Origin: Lepidodermella squamata
Lineage: Eukaryota > Animalia > Gastrotricha
Assembly: GCA_047495785.1 (NCBI GenBank)
Contig: JBLDXI010000001.1
Location: 4,154,001 to 4,218,000, forward strand
Direction: 5' to 3'
DNA length: 64,000 bases
Within the stretch, counting starts at the first letter, position 1. Each line of letters starts with the position of its first letter. The notes under the pieces are model-generated. The model ran no database searches. It was not told where the DNA came from and saw only the letters and a list, made by a program, of their open reading frames with translations. A program made the position numbers and the translations under genes. Shown in pieces: positions 1 through 14,111 of this stretch.

Positions 1-247
1 ATGACTGTGAAATGGTGTAAAAAACATCCGGCCTTAGCTTTGATCCGATGTTGAGTTTGTTTTAACAATTTGGTTCAAGAATTTAATCCTTCAACGTTTT
101 TATGTTAGAACACAGCATTATTTTGCCTAATTAGCTAGAGTTTCATCTTCACGCAACTTTTTGCATGTAAACTGAATGACTCAATTTTGGCTCCCGGATT
201 AAAATAAAATTATGTTTTCCTAGTGGATTTACGAATCAAAACTAACA

Positions 248-3200
248 GTCGCCCTCGCCGTTAGGTTGCCCATTGAGCCAGCCCATCACTTGGCCCCAAT
301 CGAGTAGCTGTCCGTCCGTAAACACAAATGATGCAGTAATCGCGGAATAGTAGTAACCAGAGCCGGCCAGGCTGTTGACCAAGTCCATTGACCCATCGTA
401 GGGATTAAGGGAGGCTGGCAGGCCGCTAGACTGGCATGATTGCACTCCTTGTATGTAAGTATTCGCAGCTAAACGGCTGAGCCCACCTTTAATTGAAAGT
501 ATTAGCAGATAATTTGATTTTCTGATATCTCATGGCTATTTCTTACTAATTGCGCACGTTGAACCCCTGTAGCCGCCTTTGCACGTACACACGTCCGTAT
601 CGAAGCACATGCCGCCATTTTGGCACGGTGGACTGCAAGCGGCTGGTTGAAGAGAGGATGTGAAGTTAAATTATGGCAACAATATAGTTGAAACAGCAAA
701 TTCCTATCTAAGCCTTTACATATCCTTCAATTATTCTTATAATCCTAACCGAGACCTCAAGTGACACTGCGAACTTCAGATGAATGAACCCGCTGGGTCG
801 AATAAGTGGCTCGCTTCACCCACATGGGAACCAGTCTTTACGTGTATCATTTATTACCTGTCGGTTTCTCGCAAACACCCGTCAAAGCAGTCTTGCAATC
901 TTCGGCGTAAAGTGAGCCAGTCGGGGATATAGCAATGCCTGCGTAAGATAACGTACAACAATTAACCAAAAATGGTCAATATCTGGTCAAAATCTACATG
1001 ACTTGGTGTCGCTGAAAGTAGCCGGCCCACCCATTCCGTCTGCGACCGCATCGTTGCTGCCGTACACTTGGTTGTTCAGCCAGATGTAAAACGGCGGTGT
1101 TCGGTCGCGTTTAAACCCGACCCATGCTGTCATGATGGTAGACGAGCTTCTATACTGAAGTAGACTATTAGCTCGTTCGTATTCTGCTGAGCTCTTGATG
1201 TCAAGCAATGTCATGCTTTTTGACTCGCAGTACGCTTTGGCATCGGCAAAGTTCTTCGCTTTCACGAACAGCTGCATTTTACGCTGAAAATAAAGCACTT
1301 TGATTAAAAGACGTTTTAGCGGCTGCTAGAAGTTCTAATAATTGACAATTTTACGAACTTGTAACTGAGTATGGTAAGAGGAATGTTGCGTCGAGAATGC
1401 GAGCTCGATATGGGGATGTCTTTCGAGGGTATTTTCTGTTTGGCAGTGCTTTCTACAGCAGACAATCCTTGGGACTAATATTGCATAGATGGACTCGACG
1501 CTCCGCAAAATGGTTATATCGCGAGTTTTGTTTCATGCGAAATTTATGAATGAAAACCTTGTTTACAACAAAACATGGCTTTCCCCAGTATGCGGCGAAA
1601 ATTGTCAATCTTGGGCAATGAGGCCGCGATTTCTCAACAGGTATGAAACTAATTAACCTACCGTACTGCCTGAAACGATTAGCAGCCTCGAATAAACGCC
1701 AGGGGTTAGAGGTCATTCGAAAAAATAAGTGTCAGTCCCGAAATACATGTCGTGTCATAACAGCAGGTGCTGATTAGCGTAGGTGTGCTTGTTTCTTAAT
1801 CCGCGCTGCGTAACATGTATACCTACTCATAGTGGACGAACGTCGGTTTCGTCCATAGAGCTAGTTTTGAGGTAGAGGTCCTACTCCTGACTGAGCCTTT
1901 AAACGCCATGGGCGCCAGATGTTTTGATGAATCAGCATCCCATGGCAATTTTTCAATCCCCGATTTCACATTCATGGTAATGCTCTTGATAAATAATTTG
2001 GTGCTTATTAAAAATTATTAAGTTAAATAATTTAACTTGCTTCAACTTGGGAACACTCCGATTATTTGTTCTAAATTTTCAGAGAAATTTGAAGCGGTTA
2101 AAACAGCAAAAAAACAATTACTTGATTTTGATTAAATAAAAATTATCTAATATCTAATTATCTAACAAAAATTCCAGTAAATCAAAAAAATTCGTCGATT
2201 GCTATATTGGCAGCTGTCATGTTTTATTTACTGTCAACATTCTTTTTTGGACATGGCTATGTGAACACAGGATTGTGTATTACCTATTGGCTATGCGTAC
2301 ACATTGCGTGTGCGTGATTGGCTACTTGAACACAGCACGCGCTCTGTGTCACGCACATTGTGTACGCATAGCCATTGGGCGACACACTTTCCTGTGTTCA
2401 CATAGCCACATCCTTCTTTTTTATGCGACTTTCCCCATTTCCAAAATAATTAAAATTTCGGAAAAAACCAATGTGTTCGTCGTTTCAAGAGCTATCTCGA
2501 ACCGCCGGAAATGATTGATTGTGATTCATCGTTCAGGAATAATGAGCGATCGAAAGTCCCCCGTTTTGTTTACTTTTCCAACCACTTGATGTTGATTCAT
2601 CACAACACCTGGCGCCCATGGCCAGGATTTGCCCGGAGTAGGACCTCTATCTTAAAAGTAGCTCTATGGTTTCGTCCTTCTGGCGGCGGTCGCAAGGCAT
2701 TATAGGGATCATAGGGATTATATTAAAGTATTCACCCGGGCATCGAAAATTCTCGAATTCCAATGACCATTAATGGATGCAAAAAAGCCAATTTTTCACG
2801 CTAACAACTAACATCGGAATCCTGGCATATGACGCTGTTGACAATTGTTGAACACGGCTGTATCATGAAGCTACTGTATTTGCCAGGGCTGTCCGCCCCA
2901 GTCAAGTAGGCACCTGTGAAGTAAATTTTGCATAGATCAACCGTTAACAGCAAAGCGTCACAGTCTTACAGTCACCAGATCCGGAGGGTACGGTTGACCT
3001 GGTGTTTGGAAACGCCGGCAGTCCGTTCATCAGCGAGTTGTCTGAGATGCGGCGAAATTTGGGCATCAGGCCGATAAAAATTGAAAAGCTGTTTGCGAGT
3101 GCATGAACCGCTGCAATTTCATCAGGTGTCGTCGGTTGGGCAATTCGATAGCCCATGGCTAGACATGCCTGTGCAGTTTTTTCCAATGTATCACCGCTGC

Positions 3201-6200
3201 CAGTCATAACATATTTGGCTGTAAAGTAGAACGAATTTATCAACATAGTTCGACCCAGCTGCCTATTGTTATCGTGAAATCTAACTTAACTCGCAGAGGT
3301 CTCCGTAGTAGCCGCCAGAACACGTGCATTTTGTTGCAGATGGGCCGCATTTACCGCCGTTCTGGCACGGGAGGGTGCATGTCGCTGTACAAAAAAGAAC
3401 ACATTCATTGACGCACGCATTTCCCCTTTCCCCACATAGAGAATAGAGTTACCAGAGATGAAACTCCTATTGGAAACTAGAAGTTATAATTCTTTTGCCT
3501 ATTTCATTTTGGCGGATCTTATTGAAACAAGAGTGTTTTCCACGCGCTATACCCTCTATCCCCCATCATGAAATTCCGATTTTTTTATTTTAATCGATGG
3601 GGATTGGTATTAACTACATCCAGTTCAAAAGAATCCTTACGGAATGAACGGTATGGAAGCCATAACGGTTTTCCCGGGAGTACATTTTTGAGGGCTTCGA
3701 AAAGGGGTGTTTTTGCTTTGACCCCACGGCCACATCAATGATCGGACTACCGCTTTCTTTGGTGGAAATGATACAACTGAGTCCATATTATATGCATGAG
3801 AAATGATTATATGAGGATAGCGCGTGGGAAAACACCCTTGTTGTACATGTAAACGTGTATGCGCAAGTTTCAAAATAGATCCGCCATAGAGAAATTTTAC
3901 GAAAATTGGCAAAAGAATTAAAACTTCTAATTTCCAATAAGAGTATCATCTCTGGTCTCTCTATACTCCATGGTTTCCAAATGCATATACCCCTAGGCCA
4001 AGTATATGTTAGGGCTATATGTAATTATATGTTTACATAATTTTACATATTGGACAGTTGATTTTCACATATTGGACACTTGATTTTTTAAGGAGGAGCC
4101 CATATTGGACAGTTGTCTATTATTCAGACCCATGAAACTCAAGAAACCCAAGAAACCCGTGGAAACCAAAATAGCTTTATTATTCAAAATCAATTGAGCC
4201 CTTCACAAAGTTGTCGCAGCCCGAAAACCGAGCAGCATTCAGTCCAAATTTCAACAAAATCGAGCAGCATTCCGTCCAATTTTCGACAAAATCGAGCAGC
4301 AATCGCCAACATTTCGTGAGAATTGAGCAGCACTCAGCGGCAATCTTCCAGCACCCAGAACTCCACCGGGACAATCGAGACATCCAAGCAGCAGTCGTCA
4401 TCAATGTTGAGAAAATCGCGCAGCATTCCTCCTCGAAATTGCCAAAACAGCGCCGTATTCGTCTTGTTTTCCGTGCCATTCCATCAGCCTTTGTTCCTGG
4501 CTCCAACTGGTTCAACGGCACTCTTCCTCGAACGGGATCGATACCATGATTGAGCTTGAGATCGACAATGACCAGATCGGCGACTAGTTGCCATGAGTCG
4601 AATTCACTCGCCAGGTTGATTTGATGAGCCGACAGTTCAAATAGCTCGAGCCATTGTGCGATTCTTCATCGTAGCAGCGTGCCAGTTTGACGCGAAGATC
4701 CGGCGGCAAAAAAGCGAGTGAAAATCAAAACGAAAATCGACCGAATGAGCGTTTGATTTAAAAATGGCGAAAAGCTCAGTTTTTGATGAAAAATTAAGTT
4801 GGATGTTTTATTTTCCCATTTTCCATGATTTTTTAACCTTCGCAACGTGGGGGTAGGTATTTCAATGGAGCCCTGGCAATCGGTAGATGCTACTATGCCT
4901 CGGGGTATATGCAAATATTGGACTTAGAGTCGTAAATATGTTGAAAAACCTCACAAATAATGTCCTCGCCTGCGGCTCGGCCATTATATGTTCGGTTTTT
5001 CAACATATGTCCTCCTCTATGTCCAATATATACACATATAAATTTACTCGCAGAACAATCGGAGCCTGTCCAAGCAGAAGTGCAGGTGCATGTGTTGGGG
5101 CCAGTGCACGTGCCGCCATTGATACAAGTCTGCGTACAGTAATCTAGATGAGTGAAATTTGCTGTTATGGTCTTGAAGGGCAAGTGGATCGACAACTCAC
5201 ATTGCGCGCAAGTAGGCCCGGTCCAACCGCTTTGGCATCTACAAGTATTCGATGCTATGCAATCGCCGCCGTTCTGGCACGGATCGCTGCAGGTGACTGT
5301 GTTAATGGGACGAATTTTGTTTGTGGAATTTTCATTTTTCAGTTTGAACTTTACATGTAGAGCAGTCTGTGCCGGTCCAGCCTGATGGGCAGGCGCATGT
5401 GTTGGGGGCCGAGCAAAAACCGCCATTTGGACAGGTCTGGGAGCAAGAAGCTAAACGAGGGGAACATTTTTCGGATCGTTTAGCGATCACAAGGAGCGCT
5501 TACACAGCTTGCAGGTCGGTCCATACCAACCGTTTCTGCAAGTGCAAATATTCGATGCTGTGCAATCGCCGCCGTTCTTACAAGGATCGCTGCAAGTGAC
5601 TGTGAAAATTAAAATGTGATGATGTCGTAGTTTCCCTTTTGTTCGCCGAGCTTAGAGTTATTACATGTGGAGCAGTCTGTGCCCATCCAGCCTGACGCGC
5701 AGGTGCATGTATTAGGGGCGGAGCAAACGCCGCCGTTTCGACATTGTTGAAGGCAAACAGCTGAAATACGCAATGCATCATTTCTCAGTGGTAAAATTTT
5801 TTAACAGTGTACGAATAGTTTAACTTACGTATACTGCAATCGGAGCCTGTCCATGTCGAAGGACAGGTGCATGTGTTGGGGCTGCTGCACACGCCGCCGT
5901 TAAGGCATTTATTAGTACAGACAGCTGAAAAAACATTATTCGTAAGTTGTCAATTGCGATTATTCCCGGGTTTTCTAGAATAAAATCTAGACTGAATAAT
6001 AATTTTCTAGGACTGTCCCTGCCACGAGCCCACAGGGCTCGAAGCCTGACCCAGGGGGGACCCTTATTTTTTCTGACCGCTGCGGAAACTTGAGCGATGT
6101 AAGGGGTGACAGGGACCCTTACCTATCCCCTTTCGGTAACATCTTCTACACTGGTTCTGAAATTATACTGGTGATATTGAAACTGGTGAAAACTTGAATT

Positions 6201-9200
6201 TTTGGAGACCTATTACTTTTAGGCTAGTGAATATAAAAGATGAGAGAATCAATCCCGTTGGCACAAAAAGCTCTGAAGCAGCAGGGATAACAGTTCTTCG
6301 ACTCAATTTGAAATGAAATACGCTCAGTTTCACATTTTGTATCTAATAATTTGATATGTGTTCTGAGGACTCGTTAAATGATGTTTGTTGATTAAAATTT
6401 ACGTGTGGTGCAATCAGAGCCTGTCCATAAGCTAGGGCAGCTGCATGCATTGGGACTACTGCACCATCCACCATTCCGGCAATTCTGCGAGCAAGAATCT
6501 ACAAAAAGTGAACATGTCATCTTCAGATCGTTTATCGATTGCAAAGAGCACTCACATTGCGTGCAAGTGGGCCCTGTCCAACCGTTCTTGCAAGTGCAAG
6601 TATTTGATGACGTGCAATCCCCGCCGTTCTGACACGGGTTACTGCAAGTGGCTAAACAAATATTGACATGTAATCAGATAATATCTTGCTGTATTTACAG
6701 GTGGCGCAGTCGGTGCCGGCCCAGCCCGATGCGCAGATACAAGTGTTAGGGGCGGAGCAAACGCCGCCGTTTCGACATTGTTGGCCACAAACAGCTGTGA
6801 AATATTCATCACAGCTATCTTTGAATCGCGTGCGCAAAATTGACTTACGAGTTTGACACAATGCGCCAATGTAGCCTTCAGGACACTTGCAGACGTTTCC
6901 ACCTTGGCATGTGCCTCCATTTTGACAGGCCAGTGAGCAGGCAGCTGAAAATATGTGATTTACAAGAGTAGGTATCAGCCGTTTAACTCAGGCTGTAGCA
7001 CACTCACGACTAGTACAGGACGCTCCTTCCCAGCCAGAAGCACAGTTACACTTGTTGCCGTTGCATGTACCTCCGTTAGCGCAAGCTGGGCTGCAGGATG
7101 CTATTGATGGAACAACAAGCTTGTTGAAAGGTTGTGTGGATAGAAACAGTCACTCACAAATTTCACAGGTTGCCCCAGAGTAGCCATCTGCGCAGGAACA
7201 CTTATTGGGACTAGAGCAGACACCTCGATTCTGGCACGCCGGGCTACAGATGGCTGAATGATGGTTTTCAAAGGAAATAACACAATAGACCACTTTTCGG
7301 TTATACGTATAGTATGATGGTGTCAGCGATGTGCATATTCAGAACAAATCTTATGCAGATCATCATTCCGCTAATTCCATGAGACGAAATATAGGACGCC
7401 GCGGCTTGCAGAACATCAAAAAACTTGAGACATTCTCCTCAACATCAAAAAAATGAATTTCTATCGTGTTCAAAGTTGTGCAGGTGTTCTAAGTAGTACT
7501 TTGGAGTGTTCGATGTCTCGTACCTTGCTACATGGACTTTGACTCCTATTAAAGCGTTGCTTGGTTTAGAGAAATTCTGGGAAATAATAATTTTAGGAGC
7601 CCCGAAAAAATCGGCAAGTTAATTTTTTAAATTTTCAAACATTTACCGGACAAGCCAACCGTGGCAAAAGAATGGCAATTTTGCCCAAAATCACTGAATA
7701 TAGCCCTTTTTGGCGATAACCGTAACAATTGCGAAATCATTAAAGCGGATTTTTCGTTTCTAGTTTTTAAGAAATCAGTAGTTGCTTCGGTATGTTTGAA
7801 GAAAAATCATTAGAGGGTTTGAAACATGGTCGATTTTTTTGGTATTTTTTTCTACAGCAATTTATAGCTATTACAAGAGCCTAGTAGTTTCTGCGAAACC
7901 GCCAATAACCCCCTTTCCATTCAGCAGTCGCCGATGCGCCGTACTCTATCGCTCATTGGACCTGTAGGATCTTTGGTGCGCAACCATCGAGGAGTCATGT
8001 AATGGGAGCTTTGAAGCCGCGGCGTCCTATAGTACGTCTCATGGCTAATTCACAAATTTGGGGCTATATTCGCAGCTTTCAACTACTGGCTAATGCCTAC
8101 GTCAGAAATAAAGGTAACAAAAGGCAGGCTCAACTTCCCACTCACGCTTACTCTTTCTTAATATTTTTTAAAACGTGAACGTTGTTTACCGCTGTTGCAG
8201 GTGGGGCCTTGATAGTTTGGCTGGCATTCGCAAGTATTCGGAGCTTTGCAAGTACCCTTTTCACATGGTGGATTGCAAGTTGCTAGTAAATTATACGTCA
8301 ATTCATTATGTATATTGAGTGGATCAAGTTTACGTTGCGTGCAGTCCGAGCCTGTCCATCCACTCGCGCACGTACAAGTATTGGGTCCCATGCATCGACC
8401 ACCATTTGCACAAGTCTGCGAGCACGTGACTGATGAATCATTGAATACGAAATATCATCAGAGCAATATAAAAATGAGCCATTCTTACAGGTTGAGCAAG
8501 ATAAATCCGTGAATCCAGATGGGCATTGACACTTCAGGTCGCTTGTGCACACGCCGCCATTTATGCCGGCAGGGTTGCAAGCCGCTGAAAATTTTGCATA
8601 CGATAGATAAGGATTCAAAGAGGCAGTAGAGGCTACGTGTGTTGCATGCTGGTCCCGTCCAACCAGATGGGCATGAGCAAGTATTTGACGCGACACACGT
8701 TCCACCGTTGGCGCAAGCAGGATCACATCGAACTGTAACAAATATTTAACAGAGATATGGGTATATCGCGATTTTTCAGGTTAACTATCGGCCTTGCAAT
8801 TAATCAGGGTACAAATAGGGGTATAAAGGAATCAGCGCCTTGCTCATTGCGCACATGTGTAAAGCAAGTCGATTGCGCACAATTTTAATAGCTTTCGCAA
8901 AGCGTCCACATGCAAATTACATGGCGCAATTCCGGTAACTCGGGTCATGAAGCCGCCTGGGATGTAATAATTTGTTACTGTATTTCCCTAGATAATTAAT
9001 TTCGAAGCGAGACAATTTCGGATATTTACTACTGCAATCCTATGGAGCTGGGGGAAGGGGAAGAAGAGGGGGAGCGACGTCAATGATGTTTCCAGTTCTA
9101 TCTATTTCTAATCACTCACAACTGCAGGCCGTTCCAAAATATCCGAGCTGGCATGCACATAGGCTCTGGCCAATACAGGTACCGCCGTTCTGACACGGAT

Positions 9201-11227
9201 TCTTCGAGCAAGCAGCTGCCAGTGCAGTTATTCAAGAACAACAATTCATTGATAGAATAAAACTTACATTCAGCGCATTGCAGACCGAGCCAAGCCGATG
9301 TGCAGTTGCACTTGTTCCCGCCTGTGCACGTTCCGCCATTCAAGCAAGGCAGCGTTGAGCACGTAACTATGTGAACGGTACATCAAAATATACGTTTAAT
9401 TTTTAGTTGTATTATGCCTAAGCATAAGGAATAGGAGAAATTATGAAAGCTAAATGCTCTACAGTTCAAAATGAAAGTGTGGAAGATCAATTCTGCACAA
9501 TTTGAAATCGAAAATATGTCGCCGACCTTCTATTAGTTTCTTATTGATTTAAAAGCTATAATATCTCATAACACTCGGTCACCGTAGCAAAACGAGTTGG
9601 CAAGTCATCCAAACAAGCCGATCGCCGTTATTGTCAAGCCATGCATTTACGAATATGTAATTTTTTTGAAACGGTAAAAAAAGGACCACTTCGTTTTTAC
9701 AATAAGAGATGGATATTAGAGAGCCTCACGCTTAGAATCAGTGATATATATTATGACTGCTTGAACATGGCCAGTATATTATTTTGGCTGAGTATCTCAG
9801 CATGGCGCTTCGTAACAACGTAACACAACGCACGTAACACGCGTGGTCGTAAGAAGCCACATGATGAGAGCGTCTTCTTAAAAACTAAAATGCCCAGAAC
9901 GCGCGCTTATCACCTAAATTTTGGCTGACCTAATTGTATTGTATTGTATTGTTTCTGAATGAATGAAACATTTTGATCTATTTTAGAAAGCAAAATTACA
10001 AAGGAAGCGGAGCAGCTAAACAGCTGCGAATGATCAGCTAATTCTGAGGCTCGAATTATTTCATTATGTCAATTACAGGAGTACTTCAGGTATCTTGCAC
10101 GGAATAAATCATGGACCCAGTCCGGCACGAACACTTTTGGCTCATTCGAACAACTCCGAATAATTCGATTTGCCCCCTTCGCGTGTTTTTTAGCATTCTC
10201 CAGCCGAACAAGTCCTAAAGAGGCGAACAAAGGGGTCAAATCGAATTGTTCGGAGTTGTTCGAATGAGCCAAAAGCCAAAGTGCCCGTGCCGGTCTGGGG
10301 ATTCAATGAGGTCGAGCTTTTTGAAAGTTTGGATCAGTGCGCGAAGTAGTATCCTCGAACCAGGGAGTTTTTTGGGCCCTAATTTTATGACCAAAGAGTC
10401 CCCCCTCTAGTTTTTCGGGGGGTTTTCCACTTTGACCTGCTGAACTGGGGGTAAGATACTCCTGTATCGATATTCCCCTGTACTTCGCGCCCTGGTTTTG
10501 ATTCTTGAGGCTACAAAGCCTTTTCAGATGGGTAACTAAATACCGAATCTTCCTATTAAAATTAGAGTGCTACATCACCCCGAACAAATAGCTAAGAAAA
10601 GCCTCAGACACGCCGATAAATGGCAAAGATTAAGAAAAGCAAGTCATAAGGAATGAAAAGGTTATTGGTATAGGTGTAAGTTTAATTTAAAGTTAGCAGT
10701 AGCAGATCCATGTTTTTGCTATCCTAAATTACATCACTATCATTACATGTTTCACAGTTGTTTCCCGTCCATCCACTCGCGCATTTGCACTGATTTGGAC
10801 CGGAACAGGATGCGCCGTTCAAGCATTTCGGGCAAGTATCTGTTAAACGTGATAAAGAAATGGACGAGGCACAAGGCTAAGGCTAAAAGTTGCTTACACT
10901 GGTCACACCGTGATCCGCCGTAACCGCTCGGGCAAAAGCACGAGCCCTTCGCTGTATCGAAGGTGCCACCATTTGCACAATAGAGCTTTAAAATAAGGAC
11001 ATTTGGTCATAAACGATTTATACGAAAAACTTGATATTACGGAGCTCTTTTGTTTCTGCTGATCCGAACTGCAAGCCAGGCATCCAGAAATACCTGAAAG
11101 AATAAAAATTAAGGCGTGAAGCAGTATTAATTTAGTGACGATTCGGCTCAATAACAACCGAAATATTTGACTAATGTCACTAACCGAAAATCAATAAAGT
11201 CGCAGTAACTCCAATAAAAAAAGACAT
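248..11227 (-). CDS. Secreted multi-EGF / C-type lectin protein (about 22 EGF exons, at least 3 CTL domains); 3' end continues beyond the left edge of the window
   Basis: ATG at 11227 (MSFFIGVTATLLIF|GISGCLACSS, signal-peptide-like). About 21 exons of ~90-100 bp between ~10985 and ~3289 each encode one C..C.NGG.C...N.C.C..GW.G..C EGF module with GT-AG ends. CTL domain exons follow at ~3218-2970 + ~2913-2806 (..QACLAMGYRIAQP..IFIGL..C..QPCSTIVNSVICQ) and ~1284-999 + ~938-858 (FADAKAYCESKSMTLLDIKS..AWVGF..EDCKTALTGVCE). One more EGF exon lies at ~641-548 and a third CTL exon at ~468-248 (..WLNGQPNGEGDC). Confidence 0.9.
1854..2668. mobile_element. Non-autonomous TIR element (CATAGAG termini, 8-bp TSD; P/hAT-type) in an intron
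   Basis: TIR catagagctagttttgaggtagaggtcctactcc / ggagtaggacctctatcttaaaagtagctctatg. Perfect TSD GTTTCGTC at 1846-1853 and 2669-2676. Internal hairpin ~2255-2408 (tggctatgtgaacacagga / tcctgtgttcacatagcca). Confidence 0.9.
3435..3972. mobile_element. Older CATAGAG-type MITE
   Basis: Imperfect ~70-bp TIR (catagagaatagag..ccagagatgaaactcctattggaaactagaagtt / aacttctaatttccaataagagtatcatctctgg..ctatactccatg). TSD is degenerate (tttcccca / gtttccaa). Confidence 0.7.
3990..4905. mobile_element. Probable non-autonomous TIR element with internal ~30-bp tandem repeats
   Basis: Ends tata|cccctaggc ... gcctcgggg|tata (TA or TATA duplication). Three to four copies of aaaatcgagcagcattc.. at ~4222-4340. 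Confidence 0.5.
7378..8043. mobile_element. Non-autonomous TIR element with CATGAG termini and 8-bp TSD (P-element-like)
   Basis: TIR catgagacgaaatataggacgccgcggctt / aagccgcggcgtcctatagtacgtctcatg. Perfect TSD GCTAATTC at 7370-7377 and 8044-8051. Confidence 0.92.
10335..10494. mobile_element. Small hAT-like MITE
   Basis: TIR cagtgcgcgaagta / tacttcgcgccctg. Near-perfect 8-bp TSD gtttggat / gttttgat. Confidence 0.7.
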
Positions 11228-12480
11228 TTTATTGTGGAATCTGAAAAATTGTGGACTGAGCGATCCTAAAGCTGGGTCTCAGCTACTGTTCTCCTCGCCT
11301 GAGGGCGTCTTGACGTCGTTGTAGAGCTCTCGAGAGGGCGGCGCTTATCTCTTCTGCATACCGGAGAGCGTTCAATGACATTCATCATTATTATCAACGG
11401 GCTTTTATGCGTGAAACTCCGATCTATGAGCTATACATAGTCTTCATCTTCGTCCTGCTCATGCACTCGAGCACACGGCTACACATACTTTGACTTCGAG
11501 TTGCTAAAGCCACGTTTTTGTGTTAGTTATGCAAGATGCATATTATTGCACCACGTGATCGCGTGGAACGTGTGAATATGCATTCCTTAATAACTTTGTT
11601 GAATAAACGTGAGAAAGTAAGTGGCATAACTTTCTCTGAGAAAAAGAGAAAGAGTTGAAAGAGAAAGATAAGCTCGCGGGATCCCAACCCCTCCGAGATC
11701 AAGCCTTCCTATCGGGGGAATGCGGGAAAATGTTCTAGCCCAAGCGATGACGCGATCTGGTTCAGCCTGTTTCCGCCTCTTTCCTATTTCACTACTTTAT
11801 GGTCCACAAATTCCCGAAAAAAATCACTAGGTCGAGATTCCCTCGCATACTGGCCTTCCGGAATCTGGGAATACTGGGAAGCGGCCATGGATTGCTTGAT
11901 GATGGATTGCTTGGCCAGTTAATTGTCTTAAATAAGTTCTCTGATGAGTCTCCTGGGCGGGACGAAACATATAGTCATTAGTAGTATAGCAGGCTTTTAC
12001 GCAGGGTTTATAATTTGGAATTTGGAAAATCGCCATTGTATTCGAGGATGACAATATTTGATAGGTTTGTGCTAGCGGCAGTGAAAATAAATTGCGTATA
12101 AAGAAAAAAATGGGCAAAACAGCCTACCGTCCTCATTTACCGAAAGTTATCCTCAAGAATACCAAAATTCAGCTTGTAAGAAAAGCTTGTTTGTCCTTTT
12201 TTCCAGATGAAACGAACGAAAATGTACAATTTGGAAGGTAAGAAAAAAGGCGCAGGCACAGCACGAAAAGGCGCTTGTCCGGGACAGTGCGCCACTCATA
12301 ACACCGGACGGGCACATACCGAAATTATCACAAGGAGCGGAATTATCAGACCTACCGTATTTTATCGAATAGTATCCAGCCTCAAATAATAGCCCCCTCG
12401 AATAATAGCCACAAAAATGCATCCAATTATTGGGTCCAAAGTCCAAAGGCTAATAATAGCCCACCTCGAATAATAGCCAC

Positions 12481-13227
12481 CAGTGCCGGATTTTCCCAGT
12501 TGGAAATTCCTCGGGGCCCTAGGCAATCTCCATCATCGGGGGCCCCTATACATTTGGTTGTTAAAATTGAATGACTAGATTTGCCACCTGAGAGCTGGGC
12601 CAAATTGGACAACTTTCGCAGGTTTGTAATTGAAAAAATTTGCCGCGGCTTTGGTGGAGATTACATGCAATTTGAACCAATTAATTCGAGCGAAGCGTGC
12701 GAATTTCGCGATATTTTCAATAAAAATTTCCCCCAAACCCTCTTAAAAATGACCAAAATTTTCCCCAGTCTTGAAATTTATCTGTCAACTTTAAAATTTC
12801 GGTTTTCACACTGGTAAACATGCAGGAAAATATATTTAACTCTTATATCAACAGTAACATACCTATGTATCGCTAAATTCAGGGCTTGATTCAGTCATTT
12901 TATAATGCAATGCTTTCTGTACACAATACTGCCCAGATTTGTAAGGTTTGGTCGGAGAGTTTGAGCCGAACTGAAGAAAGTAGACAAGTGCGAGCGAAGC
13001 GAGCAAATTTTTTGAAAATTGTGGTCCAAAAGCTCTGTCCAAAGGCTGAAAAATTAAATCGTTTCACAAATCATGAGGGCCCCCCTTGTGGAATTTTCCA
13101 ACTAGATTCAGAAAACGTGGGGCCCTTGGGGCATAAGGGTCCCCCCTTTGGATTTTTCTCGAAGGGCCCAAAAATTGCGGGGCCCTAAGGCAATTGCCTT
13201 GTTTGCCTAATGGAAAATCCGGCACTG
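12481..13227. mobile_element. hAT-type MITE nested in the pogo-like MITE
   Basis: TIR cagtgccggattttcc / ggaaaatccggcactg. Perfect 8-bp TSD ATAGCCAC (12473-12480, 13228-13235). Multiple ggggccc subterminal motifs. Confidence 0.92.
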
Positions 13228-13395
13228 ATAGCCACATTTCATATAGTGATAACAATAGTTCTAGTATGATCAGCTCATGTAGAAAGAATGGGGGAGGTGG
13301 CTAGCGTGCCTCAAGAATATTGAGACGTAGAGAAGAGAAAGTGCGACAACGAGGCAGGTAACTACAGTGCATTAAAGCTTAATTACAGCGGCACA

Positions 13396-13443
13396 AGCTA
13401 AAATTCAAGCTAAAAATTCAAGCTAAAAATATTCAAGCTAAAA
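13396..13443. repeat. Short tandem repeat (aagctaaaaattc) x about 4
   Basis: Directly visible tandem units. Confidence 0.8.
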
Positions 13444-14111
13444 ATGACCAAAAATGTCTGCTGAAGTGATGATTTGACGTTTTAGGATAAATAATAGCCT
13501 GCCTTGAATAAAAGCCCCCTCGAATAATAGCCCGATTTTTTTCGCAACTTTTCGAGTTCGGAAAAAAATAATATCCCAGGATACTATTCGATAAAATACG
13601 GTATTTCCTCCATGCTGGATTGTTGGATTTTGTCATGAGAAGCGATAAGCAATTTGGCGTCACTATGAGAATCGAAGAGTGCCGGCCCTCAATAGCTGAG
13701 GCGGGTTTGACCTCAATAAATTCGTACTGTAGGTGAGTCGTAGTTTTATTTATATAGGCCCTCCGCCGACCGGTGCTAGTGGCACAGAATGGTTGTCATC
13801 AGAGCATGAACATATAATGCCCCCATGCTATCTAGGGCTCGTAGCATTAATAAATTGAACATTGTCATAGGTCATAGGCAGTTCATATTTTCGAGTTTTA
13901 TGTTGAAAATAGGATGTTGGAATAAAAGGCCATGCTTTTTATCCACTACGCCATCAGTGTGAAGAAATCTGCCGGGGAAATATTTACACCCAACACCCAT
14001 ATTGTTTTCAATCGGATCCTCTAATAGAAACTCTTAATTGCCATGAATTGGTGGCGTAGTGTATAAAATGTAGTGGATCGCAGAAAAAAATAGCCGATTA
14101 ACAATGAGGCT

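Larger units (their letters stand above)
12355..13601. mobile_element. Tc1/mariner(pogo)-type MITE with TA TSD, carrying a nested hAT MITE
   Basis: ta|ccgtattttatcgaatagtatcc ... ggatactattcgataaaatacgg|ta. Repeated (tcg)aataatagcc subterminal motifs. Confidence 0.9.

Noticed and set aside
4180-4553. Overlapping ORFs with repeated EQHS motifs
   Set aside because: Produced by a ~30-bp minisatellite inside a probable TIR element in an intron; no recognisable protein.
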